Of a DNA stretch of 64,000 nucleotides, positions 9,630-19,725 are shown in pieces; positions within the stretch are counted from its first letter, which is position 1, and each line of letters begins with the position of its first letter. A program made the position numbers and the translations under genes. The stretch spans positions 1,184,001-1,248,000 of the forward strand of contig CAVTRN010000002.1 in the NCBI GenBank assembly GCA_963737155.1, given 5' to 3'. Under the pieces are notes generated by a model. It had not been told where the DNA came from, did not search any database, and worked only from the letters and a program-made list of their open reading frames with translations. This stretch comes from Nitrospirota bacterium. Lineage in GTDB: Bacteria; Nitrospirota; UBA9217.

Positions 9630-10916
9630 ATGAAACGCATATTCTCAATCGTAATGTTTTGTATTCTCGCCGCTATTCCTGCGGTAGTTCATTCCCAATA
9701 CTATCTGGGGGTGCTCAACGGAGAAACCAAAAAAATCCCGATCACCGTGCTCGATATCCGCGACCAGACAGGCACTCCCGCGCAGCGCGCGCTGGCGATT
9801 GAGGTCCTGCAGGACGATCTTCGGCGTTCCCAAATATTTGATGTTGTCGATCCGAAGAAGCTGGATCTTCAGATTAAGGATAATTCCGAACCAACAGAAG
9901 AGGTCGTAAGGCGGGGAGGCACGTTCGGACTGACCGGAGTGGTCTGGGGCCAGATCGGGAAAAGCGGCAGCGATATGGTGTTGTCCGGCAAGCTCTACGA
10001 TGCATCATCGGGAATGCAGATCGCGAACAAGGAGTATTTCGGAAACACGGCAACATTCCGGCGCATGGTACACGCCTTTGCTGATGAGATCGTTTTTCGC
10101 TACACCGGAGAAAAAGGTATTGCGCATACGCGCATAGCCTATGTGTCCGACAAGACAAGATTCAAGGAACTGTATGTCATGGACTATGACGGACAGAATC
10201 CACAGCGGGTCACGATAGACCGTTCCATCTGTCTGTCGCCGGCGTGGAGCCCGGACGGCAAGGTTCTCGCCTATGTTTCCTACCGAGACAGGAATCCCGA
10301 TCTATTCGCGCTGAATATGGAAACCGGCAAACGCTGGAAGCTGTCAGGCAGCGAAGGCCTTAATATCTCTCCCGCCTGGTCGCCGGACGGCAAGCGCATT
10401 GCGCTGGCCCTCAGCAAGGACAGTGGCGCCGAGATTTATACTATGAGCAGAAACGGCGACGATCTGGAACGGCTGACCTACGGGGTATCGGACAATGTTT
10501 CTCCTTCTTGGGCGCCGAACGGCAGAGAAATCGTTTTTACCTCGGGTAGGGCAGGCTCACCGCAGCTGTTTGTCATGGGTTCCGACGGAACCGATATTCG
10601 CAGAATATCTTTTCAGGGGAACTATAACGCTTCCCCAGACTGGTCATCGCGGGGTGACCGCATTGTGTTTGCAACACAGGTAGGTAGTGTATTCAAGATC
10701 GCGACTATGAATCCCGATGGATCGGACTTTCGCATACTCACGAGCGGACGGGGAAGCGATGAAAACCCGTCGTGGTCGCCTTCGGGCAGGCAGATCGTTT
10801 TCAGTTCGAACCGCGAGGGAAAATTTAATATTTATACCATGAACGCTAACGGAACAGACCTTGAGCGCCTCACGCCGAACGATGCGAATTATACCTCGCC
10901 GGCCTGGTCGCCATAA
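9630..10916 (+). CDS. tolB: Tol-Pal system beta-propeller protein TolB
   Basis: Signal peptide, HAFADEIV, TRIAYV and multiple SPAWSPDG PD40 repeats. Confidence 0.95.
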   Translation: MKRIFSIVMFCILAAIPAVVHSQYYLGVLNGETKKIPITVLDIRDQTGTPAQRALAIEVLQDDLRRSQIFDVVDPKKLDLQIKDNSEPTEEVVRRGGTFGLTGVVWGQIGKSGSDMVLSGKLYDASSGMQIANKEYFGNTATFRRMVHAFADEIVFRYTGEKGIAHTRIAYVSDKTRFKELYVMDYDGQNPQRVTIDRSICLSPAWSPDGKVLAYVSYRDRNPDLFALNMETGKRWKLSGSEGLNISPAWSPDGKRIALALSKDSGAEIYTMSRNGDDLERLTYGVSDNVSPSWAPNGREIVFTSGRAGSPQLFVMGSDGTDIRRISFQGNYNASPDWSSRGDRIVFATQVGSVFKIATMNPDGSDFRILTSGRGSDENPSWSPSGRQIVFSSNREGKFNIYTMNANGTDLERLTPNDANYTSPAWSP

Positions 10917-11365
10917 GACTGCAGGGTGAGAATACATTCCTTCGGTATATTATGGATGGGGGAGGCAGCGAAGGCAGGGTTGGCCGTCTCGCTGCCGCTG
11001 CCAAGAGTCAACTTTACATTCCGATACCTGACCGGAATCCTGTATCCTCGGATCAACGCTACCGCGCCTGTGCCCTCTCTCTCCTACCTCTCAAGCTTTA
11101 TACCGCTCAAAAGCGCATATGCTATACTCTTAAAAAGGACTTTTTTTCTCATGCCTGACCAAGAGCAGTGAGAATAGGTAAGACTTTTTGCCACAGAGGC
11201 CGAAGAGATCACAGAGCATAACGAAGCAAAGAAAAAATCGCAATCTTTCAATAAACTTCTTTATCCGCGAGCTCTGCTCTGCTAGCGTTATGGTAAATTT
11301 ACTTCCTATTTCGCGCAGATGGCACAGAGTATGTTTTTTATTGTGTGCAGAATAAAGAGAACGAG

Positions 11366-11812
11366 ATGCCGCATTTCGGGTTGATGAATGAAAGAAACAT
11401 GGGCCCTGTTGAAGGCCCTTTCCTGCGTGCACGTCTTCATATTCGCGGAGGGAAGCGCAGACTGCGGGAGGGTAAAATCGCAGCGGGCATTGTGACACTC
11501 TACGATGCGCTCGATGCCGCGATGATGGCTTACGTCGCCGATGAAGAGCATAAGAAGCGCTTGACGGTCAAGGCAGGCGAGGATTTGTATAATGACAGGA
11601 CACTGTTCGAAGTGCTCGTCCGTTCACAGGTGCTCGACGGAACCTTTGATTTTGACGGTTTTGACCATCTGACGGAACGGGCCTTGCACGAAGAGATGCC
11701 AGGTTATGATTATCGCGATGTCCTCACAGGCTTGGAATCCGTCATGCAACAGCTTGGAGTCATGCCCTTTGACGAGAACACTCTCCCGCCGGAAGATCCG
11801 ACGACGTTTTGA
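11366..11812 (+). CDS. Conserved hypothetical protein
   Basis: Long clean ORF starting MPHFGLM, with RARLHIRGGKRRL; no function recognised. Confidence 0.7.
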   Translation: MPHFGLMNERNMGPVEGPFLRARLHIRGGKRRLREGKIAAGIVTLYDALDAAMMAYVADEEHKKRLTVKAGEDLYNDRTLFEVLVRSQVLDGTFDFDGFDHLTERALHEEMPGYDYRDVLTGLESVMQQLGVMPFDENTLPPEDPTTF

Positions 11813-11910
11813 AGACAGAAAAAAAGTGATTGAGACGGGATGAAAGGGAAAAACGATTGGCATTCCCGGTCCTTACCGGGTGTCTTCGCTTCAAGGGTGG
11901 ACGCAGATTT

Positions 11911-13875
11911 ATGAACAGACTTGTGAATGAACAATCAGCTTATCTTAAACACGCGTCGCAGCAAAAGATCGACTGGTATCCATGGACGGAGGATGCTTTC
12001 GATATTGCAAGACGGGAAGATAAACCTGTTTTTCTGAGCACTGGAGCAGTATGGTGCCATTGGTGCCATGTTATGGCGCAAGAAACTTTTGAAGACGAAG
12101 AGACGGTGCGGCTCATGAACAAGCTCTTTATCAATGTCAAGCTTGATCGCGACGAACGTCCCGAAATTGATCGCAGATATCAGCAAGTTGTTGCGGCCCT
12201 CGGCGGAGGCAGCGGCTGGCCTCTCTCGGTATTCCTGACGCCGGACAAGCAGGCATTTTACGGTGGCACCTATTTTCCGCCTGAAGACCGGCAGGGGAGA
12301 CCGGGTTTTAAAAAAGTACTCATATCGGTTGCCGATTATTACAGGACAAAGCGGGGAGATGCTCTCGTCTATGCCCAGCGCGTCATGGGCGTACTCAAGA
12401 CTGAGCCGCTGCCCGCTGAAGAGCTCAACGAATCACTGGTTCGGGAAGCAGAGGAGGCCATGCTTGGAGTTTTCGACCTGCAAAACGGGGGATTCGGCAC
12501 TGCGCCCAAGTTTCCCATGCCTGGCGCGCTGGAATTTCTGATCCGGCGTTCTCCGGTAAGCTCAAATCCCTTGGTGGGCAAAGCCGCCCACAGAATGCTG
12601 GATGCTATGTCCGATGGCGGTGTTCATGACCATCTTGGCGGCGGGTTTCACCGCTATTCCGTCGATGAGGCGTGGATTGTGCCACACTTCGAAAAAATGG
12701 CTGATGACAATGCGGGACTCCTCAAAAATTACATCGATGGTTACTCGGTATTCGGTGATGAGCGGTTCCGCATTGTTGCAAGAGGCATCATTGATTTCAC
12801 CCGTAGCGTACTGTCCGATCCTGGAGGAGGATTCTATGCGAGCCAGGACGCAGATGTAACGCCTGATGATGAGGGCGGCTACTTTACCTGGACTGAGGAA
12901 GATTTCAGGCAGGCTCTCAACCCCGATGAATATGCCGTGCTGTCATCCTATTATCTGCACGAACGGGGGAACATGCATCATGATCCAGGGAAACGGGTGC
13001 TTTATGTTACGCGATCCTTGCAGGAGATTGCTCAACAGCTGGGGAAAGATCCGGACGAGGCGGAACGTATTCTCGAGCAGGGAAGGTCAAAATTGCTATC
13101 AAAGCGCATCTATCGAGATACGCCTTTTATCGACCAGGCGCTGTATCCGTCATTGAACGGCATGCTGATTGCGTCGTATCTCCATGCCTTCATGGTGTTT
13201 GGCGATGAGGAGGTAAAGTCTTTCGGTGTGAAGAGCCTTGATCGTATTCTTCGAGATTGTATCGTCGATGGCGTGTTGATGCATGCGGACAGTGTCCCTG
13301 CCGTGCTTGACGATTACGTCAACCTTATTGACGCACTGATCGTGGGTTACGAGGCAACGGCCTGGAGACGGTATCTCTCTCAGGCGGACGAACTTATGTC
13401 GATGTGCATCGATAAGTATTCCGACAAGCAGGAAGGCGGCTTTTTTGATACGGAGCAGGAGGTTCTTGGCGCGAGGCTTAAACGCATGGAGGATGTTCCT
13501 CATCCCTCGGCTAATGCACTAGCTATTATGCTTCTCCTGAAGCTTTCGCTTATGACAGGAAAGAATGAATATCGCAAGGTGGCGGAACAGTCGCTCAAAA
13601 TCTTTTCAGCGCTGGCACGAGAGATGGGTGTGCATGCAGGAGCTTATTTCTGTGGTATTGACGCGTCATTTCGCATGATCAAACTGACTGTCGAAGCTCA
13701 TCCAGAGAGCGAACTTGCCCGCGCTGCCCGTGCTTTTGCCGGGAAGCAGTATGCTGCGATCGTTTATGGTGAAGACCGGGGAAGGGTAATCCCCTGTCTG
13801 CGGGATATCTGCCTCGAACCAATCAGCGAGCCTGATATTCTTCGCGACCTGCACGCTCGGCTTCCGAGACTATAA
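11911..13875 (+). CDS. Thioredoxin-domain protein of the YyaL/SSP411 (DUF255) family
   Basis: MNRL..EQSAYL, WCHWCHVM, GGWPL, PKFP, GGGFHRYSVD, VPHFEKM. Confidence 0.92.
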   Translation: MNRLVNEQSAYLKHASQQKIDWYPWTEDAFDIARREDKPVFLSTGAVWCHWCHVMAQETFEDEETVRLMNKLFINVKLDRDERPEIDRRYQQVVAALGGGSGWPLSVFLTPDKQAFYGGTYFPPEDRQGRPGFKKVLISVADYYRTKRGDALVYAQRVMGVLKTEPLPAEELNESLVREAEEAMLGVFDLQNGGFGTAPKFPMPGALEFLIRRSPVSSNPLVGKAAHRMLDAMSDGGVHDHLGGGFHRYSVDEAWIVPHFEKMADDNAGLLKNYIDGYSVFGDERFRIVARGIIDFTRSVLSDPGGGFYASQDADVTPDDEGGYFTWTEEDFRQALNPDEYAVLSSYYLHERGNMHHDPGKRVLYVTRSLQEIAQQLGKDPDEAERILEQGRSKLLSKRIYRDTPFIDQALYPSLNGMLIASYLHAFMVFGDEEVKSFGVKSLDRILRDCIVDGVLMHADSVPAVLDDYVNLIDALIVGYEATAWRRYLSQADELMSMCIDKYSDKQEGGFFDTEQEVLGARLKRMEDVPHPSANALAIMLLLKLSLMTGKNEYRKVAEQSLKIFSALAREMGVHAGAYFCGIDASFRMIKLTVEAHPESELARAARAFAGKQYAAIVYGEDRGRVIPCLRDICLEPISEPDILRDLHARLPRL

Positions 13876-13929
13876 GGGTCCCATTGGGAAATTGAATTCA
13901 TGACGATCCTTGGCGGTTGAATCCGGGGA

Positions 13930-14022
13930 GGGTAATAATACTATAATATACTATTTACATGAAATTAAACTTATGCGCAAATAAGCAGGGTATAACCTAC
14001 CAAACGGCTTGGAAATGGTGGA
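13930..14022 (+). pseudogene. Fragment of an IS607 left end plus the first ~21 codons of tnpA
   Basis: MKLNLCANKQGITYQTAWKWW matches MKLSVWAKQQGITYQAAWKWW of the tnpA at 24079. AT-rich TATAAT segment lies upstream. Confidence 0.75.
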
Positions 14023-14179
14023 TAATCGCATTTATCGAGGAAGACATTTTCTATGATTCTAAACTACGCAGGAACACGAAGACGTACTCTGACTGCCAAT
14101 CTTTGATTCCCACCGAGGAGCATTGCCGGGGTACTCCTCTTTTTTCTCTTTCTTTCCCGCAGAATATATAAATTTCGGC

Positions 14180-14209
14180 TTGACAGTAGTGTGTAATCGG
14201 GTGTATTGT
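14180..14209 (+). promoter_or_regulatory. sigma70-like promoter
   Basis: TTGACA-18 nt-TATTGT. Confidence 0.5.
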
Positions 14210-14237
14210 ACCGTGTCTTTGTTGCTGATGCAGATCG

Positions 14238-14265
14238 AAAAAGCCCCTAATGAGGGGCTTTTTTT
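14238..14265. terminator. Bidirectional intrinsic terminator
   Basis: AAAAAGCCCCT-AATG-AGGGGCTTTTTTT. Confidence 0.75.
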
Positions 14266-14446
14266 ACCACTGGCGCAAAAACATGCTGGATCGTTTTTAG
14301 CAACGTTTAGTTGGTTACCCGCCGGCAAAAAAGCGATACATCAAATACAGCAAGGTGTATAGGGCACAGCAAACGCGGCAGCGATTGGGCAGTATGCCGC
14401 CATGTTTCATGCGCTATGCGCTATGCGGGTTTTTTGAGGAGTCACC

Positions 14447-15556
14447 ATGTGCCGTTTAAGTGCAATCACCTCGCGCGATTATATCTCCCCCATGGAAAAC
14501 ATCCATGCGCTTGAGACCATGAAAGAAGGCCACGATGGATCGGGCCTCGGGCTTATGCTGAAGGACATGGGCGGGCCTTTCGTTGATTTCAAACAGTATC
14601 CGACGCTATCCGCTATCTGCTCGAACAAAGGGCTTCAACTTCTCGATGGATACATGAAGGCTCAAGGGTTCCTAGAAATATTTTTCTGGGAGCCGCCGAT
14701 CGAAAATGTGGCCGGTGTTGAGCGTCGCGAACATTACCTCGCCAAGGTGTACGATTATCCTTCGTTGTACAAGGACAAGACACAGCGCGAGAAGGAAGAT
14801 CTTCTCATGCAGACCAGGCTTGCTCTCCGGATGATGGGCGAGCCTGACGGCTCGCTCTTTGTTTTCTCTTTTTACCCCGATGTGCTGACGCTCAAGGAAG
14901 TGGGAGATCCCCTGCAACTCGGTGAGTTCTTCGGCATCGAGAAGTCGGGCATTCGGTCAAAGATCGTCCTGGCTCAAGGTCGGCAGAACACGAATTACGC
15001 CATCTACCTTTACGCCTGTCATCCTTTTTTCATTCAGGGCTACGCCACCATGACGAATGGCGAGAATACGGCCTTTGTGCCGATCCGCGAGTTCCTCACG
15101 GGCCGCGGTAACCCGGGGTATATTGGCTACAATTCCGATTCTGAGGTGTTCACCCACATCTTGCATTATTTGAACAGGACACTCGGTTACCCGCTTCATT
15201 ATTATAAGGACATTATCACGCCGCTGAAGGACGCTGAGATCGGACAGAGATCGGACGCCGCAGCGTTGCGGCTACTGAAAAAATCGCTCCGGCCCCTCTG
15301 CATCGACGGCCCGAACTGCGTTATCGGGTTCACGCCCGACGGCTCTGTCTTCATGGTGCATGATTCGAAAAAGCTGCGGCCCGGCGCGGTCGGCGGCAAG
15401 CCCGGCAAGTACGTGCTCATGTCCGAGGTCTGCGGAATGGACAGTGTGATCCCTGACCGGGATAAATCAAAAGACATCTTCCCTATGAAGTACGATATGG
15501 TGGTGATCGCGCCCGAAGCGCGGGAGGTCAAGGTATGGAATCAGCTTCACGATTAG
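14447..15556 (+). CDS. Glutamate synthase, glutamine amidotransferase subunit (GltB1-like, class II GATase)
   Basis: N-terminal nucleophile Cys (MCR), GRQNTN, CHPFF, NGEN, SDSE. Confidence 0.88.
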   Translation: MCRLSAITSRDYISPMENIHALETMKEGHDGSGLGLMLKDMGGPFVDFKQYPTLSAICSNKGLQLLDGYMKAQGFLEIFFWEPPIENVAGVERREHYLAKVYDYPSLYKDKTQREKEDLLMQTRLALRMMGEPDGSLFVFSFYPDVLTLKEVGDPLQLGEFFGIEKSGIRSKIVLAQGRQNTNYAIYLYACHPFFIQGYATMTNGENTAFVPIREFLTGRGNPGYIGYNSDSEVFTHILHYLNRTLGYPLHYYKDIITPLKDAEIGQRSDAAALRLLKKSLRPLCIDGPNCVIGFTPDGSVFMVHDSKKLRPGAVGGKPGKYVLMSEVCGMDSVIPDRDKSKDIFPMKYDMVVIAPEAREVKVWNQLHD

Positions 15557-17190
15557 ACAAAAACCATCAGCTCTCATTAAAAGAGCTTCCCTATATAATC
15601 CAGTGGCGTGAGGATCGCTGCACTCGCTGTGGCCGCTGTACGGCAGTCTGCCCCATGAAATCCATCGAGGCCACGGTTTACACCCAGCGCGTTGTTTCAT
15701 CTGCGGGTGCGAACCCGGAGCCCCAGGTCACACGCAGGCTCACCCAGGTGGTGCGCCAGGTTACGGAAATCGACCGTTATTGCATCGGGTGCGGCACCTG
15801 CTCCCTCGTATGCCCGACGGACGCAATTTTCCCGGAATACAACTTTCAGCATAAGCTCTACCATTACAAGAACAAGGGCGGCGTCCCCTTTATGCGCGGC
15901 GGCAGGCGGAACGATCCGTCCATCTCGACGCTCGATAAGCTGAAATTCACCCGCATATCGATGTTGACTGATCCGGCCCTCGATGCAGGCAGGCATGAAT
16001 TCCGCATTCGGACGCTCCTGGGCAGGAACCTTCCGGCGGAGCAGCTTCCACTTAAGGCCGAGGGTGATCAACTTCTGGTTAGCGATTACATCTTTATCCC
16101 GCCGGTGCGCGAGATATTTCCTATCAGGATTGGATCCATGTCCATTGGCGCGCTATCTCCTCATATGTGGGAAGGTCTTGCTATGGGCATCACCTACCTC
16201 AATGAGGTCGAAGGCATTCCTGTGGTGATGTGCTCGGGTGAGGGTGGCATGCCGCCGAGCATTTTAAAATCACGCTATATAAAGTATTTCATTCTCCAGA
16301 TCGCATCGGGGTATTTTGGCTGGGATGAAATTATCCGCTCCCTACCTGATATGATTGAAGATCCTGCGGCCATCGAGATCAAGTACGGCCAGGGCGCCAA
16401 ACCCGGCGATGGCGGGTTGCTTCAGGCCTACAAGGTTCTCGGTCTCATTGCGAAAATCCGCGGCGTGCCGCAATTCGTCGACCTGGCATCACCGCCCACA
16501 CACCAGACCAAGTACTCAATCGAAGAGGCTGTAGCGAAGATGATCCAGTCAATGTCCATGGCCTGGGGCTTCCGCGTGCCGGTCTATCCCAAGATCTCCG
16601 GTACAAAGACGGCCCGGGCCGTGCTGAATAACCTTGCCCGGAACCCGTACGCGGCGGCGCTCTGCATCGACGGCGAGGACGGTGGAACAGGCGCAGCGTA
16701 CAATGTATCGATGGACAAGATGGGCCATCCCATTGCATCTAATATCCGCGACTGCTACCTCGATCTCGTGAAACAGGGTAAGCAGAACGAGCTTCCGCTT
16801 ATCGCCGCAGGCGGCGTGGGCAAGGGTGGCAACTTAGCAGCCAACGCAGCAGGGCTTATCATGCTCGGCGCTTCCGCGGTCGATACCGGTAAGTATATCA
16901 TGCAGGCTGCGGCAGGCTGCTTCGGCGATGAATACAACCGCTGCAACGTTTGCAATCTGGGCAAATGCCCGCGCGGCATCACGACCCAGGATCCGAAGCT
17001 CTACCGTAGGCTTGACCCCGACAAGGTGGCTGAGCGCGTGGTGGAAGTATTCAAGGCTGCGGATGTGGAGCTCAAGAAAATATTCGCGCCGCTGGGCCGG
17101 AGCACCGAACTGCCGATCGGCATGTCCGATGCTTTGGGCGTGGCGGATAAGGAAATCGCGGAACGGCTGCAGATTTCCTATGTTTGCTAA
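15535..17190 (+). CDS. Glutamate synthase FMN-binding subunit with N-terminal 4Fe-4S ferredoxin (GltB2-like)
   Basis: Two CxxCxxCxxxCP motifs, SGEGG, EIKYGQGAKPGDGG, GGTGAA, CNLGKCPRGITTQDP. Confidence 0.9.
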   Translation: MESASRLDKNHQLSLKELPYIIQWREDRCTRCGRCTAVCPMKSIEATVYTQRVVSSAGANPEPQVTRRLTQVVRQVTEIDRYCIGCGTCSLVCPTDAIFPEYNFQHKLYHYKNKGGVPFMRGGRRNDPSISTLDKLKFTRISMLTDPALDAGRHEFRIRTLLGRNLPAEQLPLKAEGDQLLVSDYIFIPPVREIFPIRIGSMSIGALSPHMWEGLAMGITYLNEVEGIPVVMCSGEGGMPPSILKSRYIKYFILQIASGYFGWDEIIRSLPDMIEDPAAIEIKYGQGAKPGDGGLLQAYKVLGLIAKIRGVPQFVDLASPPTHQTKYSIEEAVAKMIQSMSMAWGFRVPVYPKISGTKTARAVLNNLARNPYAAALCIDGEDGGTGAAYNVSMDKMGHPIASNIRDCYLDLVKQGKQNELPLIAAGGVGKGGNLAANAAGLIMLGASAVDTGKYIMQAAAGCFGDEYNRCNVCNLGKCPRGITTQDPKLYRRLDPDKVAERVVEVFKAADVELKKIFAPLGRSTELPIGMSDALGVADKEIAERLQISYVC

Positions 17191-17264
17191 TTAACCACAG
17201 GTGACATGGTGTAAACCGTGTGCGAAGCCAGTGGCATATATTGGACTGTTTAAGGTAAAAAAAC

Positions 17265-19592
17265 ATGATCATACAAGGTAATGTGAGCGGAAAACGTGTC
17301 TCTTCGAAAAACCTCGAAGAACAGATTCAGAAGGCCATCAGGGATGGAGCCAAAGATCTGGCCATCGTCGCCGATGGCCAGCACGGTATTGGCGGACGTA
17401 TATGGTCGCGCGGAGAGAAGGTCCGGGTGACCATCGAAGGTACCTCGGGGCAGCGCGTCGGTAGCATGGGCATGGAAGGCACGGAAATCCTCGTTAAAGG
17501 TTCGTCGTCCGATGACGTCGGATGGCTCAATTGCGGCGCAATCATCACAGTCCTTGGCGACGTGTCGAACGGCGCGCACAACGCAGGCGCCCAGGGCAAG
17601 CTCTATGTCCAAGGCGGCGGTGGTGCGCGGTGTGATACCATGACCAAGAAGAACCCGCGCTTCCCCGATCTTGAATCTTGGTATTTCCGGAGCGTGGGCG
17701 ATTCCTTTGCTGAGTTCAAGGCGGGCGGTATCGCCGTGGTCTGCGGTGTGGAGCCCCGGGACTCAGAAAGCATTCTTGGATACCGTCCCTGCGTAGGCAT
17801 GGTCGGCGGCACGATCTATTTTCGCGGCGCCATCAAGGAATACAGCAAGGCGGACGTTAAACTTTCAGATCTGACGGAGCAGGACTGGGAGTGGCTGACG
17901 CAGAACATGATGCCCTATCTCACCGCCATTGACCGCATGTCCTATTACCAGGAACTCACGAAGGAAATGAATTCCTGGAAGAAACTAATTGCATACACCC
18001 CTGCCGAGAGGACGAAAGCCAAAGGCAAACTCAAGATGGGACTCACCGAGTTTCGTACGAATGTGTGGGAGAAGGAAGTGGGCAGGGGCGGCATGTTCGG
18101 CGCATATCTCACCCATGACCGTTCTGTGCTTCCCTACATCACCACCGGCGAGGAGCGGCGTTGGAAGCCGCTGTGGACGAACGACAAATATCTTCCTCCC
18201 TGCGCTTTTGCATGCCCGTCGCGCATCCCGTCGCACAAGCGCGCGAGCCTGATCAGGCAAGGACGGACCGCCGAGGCTCTTGCCCTCGTGCTCCAGTACA
18301 GTCCTCTCCCTGCCACAGTCTGCGGCACGATCTGCCCTAATCTCTGTATGGACGATTGCACGCGCGGAAGGGTTGACGAACCGCTCAACATCAAGGAATA
18401 CGGTTCAGCGGCGTTAAACCTCAAAGCTCCGAAAAAGGCGAAAGCAACAGGCCATTCCATCGCAATTATCGGAGGTGGCCCCGGCGGCCTTTCAACGGCT
18501 TGGCAACTCGGTCTCAAAGGACATACCGTTGACCTCTTTGAAGCATCGGACAGAATCGGCGGCAAGATCGAAATGTGTATTCCCCGCGAGCGCCTGCCCA
18601 AGAAGATTCTGGATAAGGAACTGGCGCGGTTTGCCGAAATCGGCGTGAACGTCTGTACTAAAACTCTGGTTGACAAGAAGAAGTTCGAGAACATCTACAA
18701 GAACCACGATGTGGTGGTTATCGCTGTCGGCGCCCATGAAGGACGGGTAATTCCGTTCCCAGGCCACGAAGATGTGGTGAAGGGCATCGATTATCTGAAG
18801 GAAATAAACTTTGGCAAGCCGAAGAACCTGAAAGGCAAAAAAATCGTCGTGATCGGCGCGGGCAACGTAGGCATGGACATCGCCTGTCAAGCATGGGACC
18901 ACAATGCAGAGAGCGTCATCTGCGTTGACATCCAGAAGCCGGCGGCCTTCGGCAAGGAGATGGAACTGGCCGCATCCAGGGGGACCAAGGTGCTGTTCCC
19001 GAAAGTGACCGCGAAGTACGATGCTAAGGCCAAAAAGATATTTTTCAAGGATGGAACTGATCTCGACGTGGACATGGTGATCGTCTCCATTGGAGACAAG
19101 CCGGTGCTCGATTTTCTACCCCCCTCCATCAACTCGGAGCGCGGCTATATAGCTGTGAACGACCTGGGCCAGACATCTGACGTCAAGGTCTTCGCTATCG
19201 GAGATGCTACCAATCCGGGCCTCGTGACCCATGCCATCGGCCAGGGCAAGGTAGCCGCAGACAAGATTCATTCGCTGCTCATGAATACGGACTATGCGGC
19301 TGAAGAGCGCCGCATGATCCCTTACGAGAGAATCAAGACCGAATACTACGAGGTCTGCCGGCTTGAAGACATAAAGTTCTCGCCAAAGAAGGAAGCGAAC
19401 CGTTGCATGTCCTGCGGGTCCTGCCGGGACTGCGGCATGTGCGAGCAGTCCTGCTATTACGGCGCTATCACACGGAAGAAACTGACAAATAAATCGTTCG
19501 AGTACGTGGTTGATGAGGACAGGTGCATTGGATGCGGTTTCTGCGCAGGCATATGCCCGTGCGGCGTTTGGGAGATGGTGGAGAACGTTTAA
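17265..19592 (+). CDS. Glutamate synthase GXGXG domain fused to a GltD-like FAD/NAD(P)H oxidoreductase and ferredoxin
   Basis: GQHGIGG beta-helix region, PPCAFACP, CGTICPNLC, GGGPGG, GAGNVG, two C-terminal 4Fe-4S motifs. Confidence 0.9.
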   Translation: MIIQGNVSGKRVSSKNLEEQIQKAIRDGAKDLAIVADGQHGIGGRIWSRGEKVRVTIEGTSGQRVGSMGMEGTEILVKGSSSDDVGWLNCGAIITVLGDVSNGAHNAGAQGKLYVQGGGGARCDTMTKKNPRFPDLESWYFRSVGDSFAEFKAGGIAVVCGVEPRDSESILGYRPCVGMVGGTIYFRGAIKEYSKADVKLSDLTEQDWEWLTQNMMPYLTAIDRMSYYQELTKEMNSWKKLIAYTPAERTKAKGKLKMGLTEFRTNVWEKEVGRGGMFGAYLTHDRSVLPYITTGEERRWKPLWTNDKYLPPCAFACPSRIPSHKRASLIRQGRTAEALALVLQYSPLPATVCGTICPNLCMDDCTRGRVDEPLNIKEYGSAALNLKAPKKAKATGHSIAIIGGGPGGLSTAWQLGLKGHTVDLFEASDRIGGKIEMCIPRERLPKKILDKELARFAEIGVNVCTKTLVDKKKFENIYKNHDVVVIAVGAHEGRVIPFPGHEDVVKGIDYLKEINFGKPKNLKGKKIVVIGAGNVGMDIACQAWDHNAESVICVDIQKPAAFGKEMELAASRGTKVLFPKVTAKYDAKAKKIFFKDGTDLDVDMVIVSIGDKPVLDFLPPSINSERGYIAVNDLGQTSDVKVFAIGDATNPGLVTHAIGQGKVAADKIHSLLMNTDYAAEERRMIPYERIKTEYYEVCRLEDIKFSPKKEANRCMSCGSCRDCGMCEQSCYYGAITRKKLTNKSFEYVVDEDRCIGCGFCAGICPCGVWEMVENV

Positions 19593-19725
19593 AAATGACT
19601 TCGCCTTTCGGGGAGAAGGGTGTGTTAGGGGAGACCATTTCTGAACATAGCATTTTATCACAAACAGCTATGAGCAGAATGATAACCTCCTTGTCATATT
19701 CGAATAGAATTGATTCGGATTGTAG

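Noticed and set aside
9031-9633. 200-aa ORF as a real gene in the tol operon
   Set aside because: It is a chance fusion of IS607 tnpB N- and C-terminal remnants and right-end DNA.
14271-14287. sigma54 promoter for glutamate synthase (TGGCGC...ATGC)
   Set aside because: The GG-to-GC spacing is one base too long. The alternative at 14362-14376 has correct spacing but a poor -12 element.
14288-14340. glnA (glutamine) riboswitch
   Set aside because: Starts with AUCGUU but lacks the GGAAGUA/CGAAGG E-loop elements.
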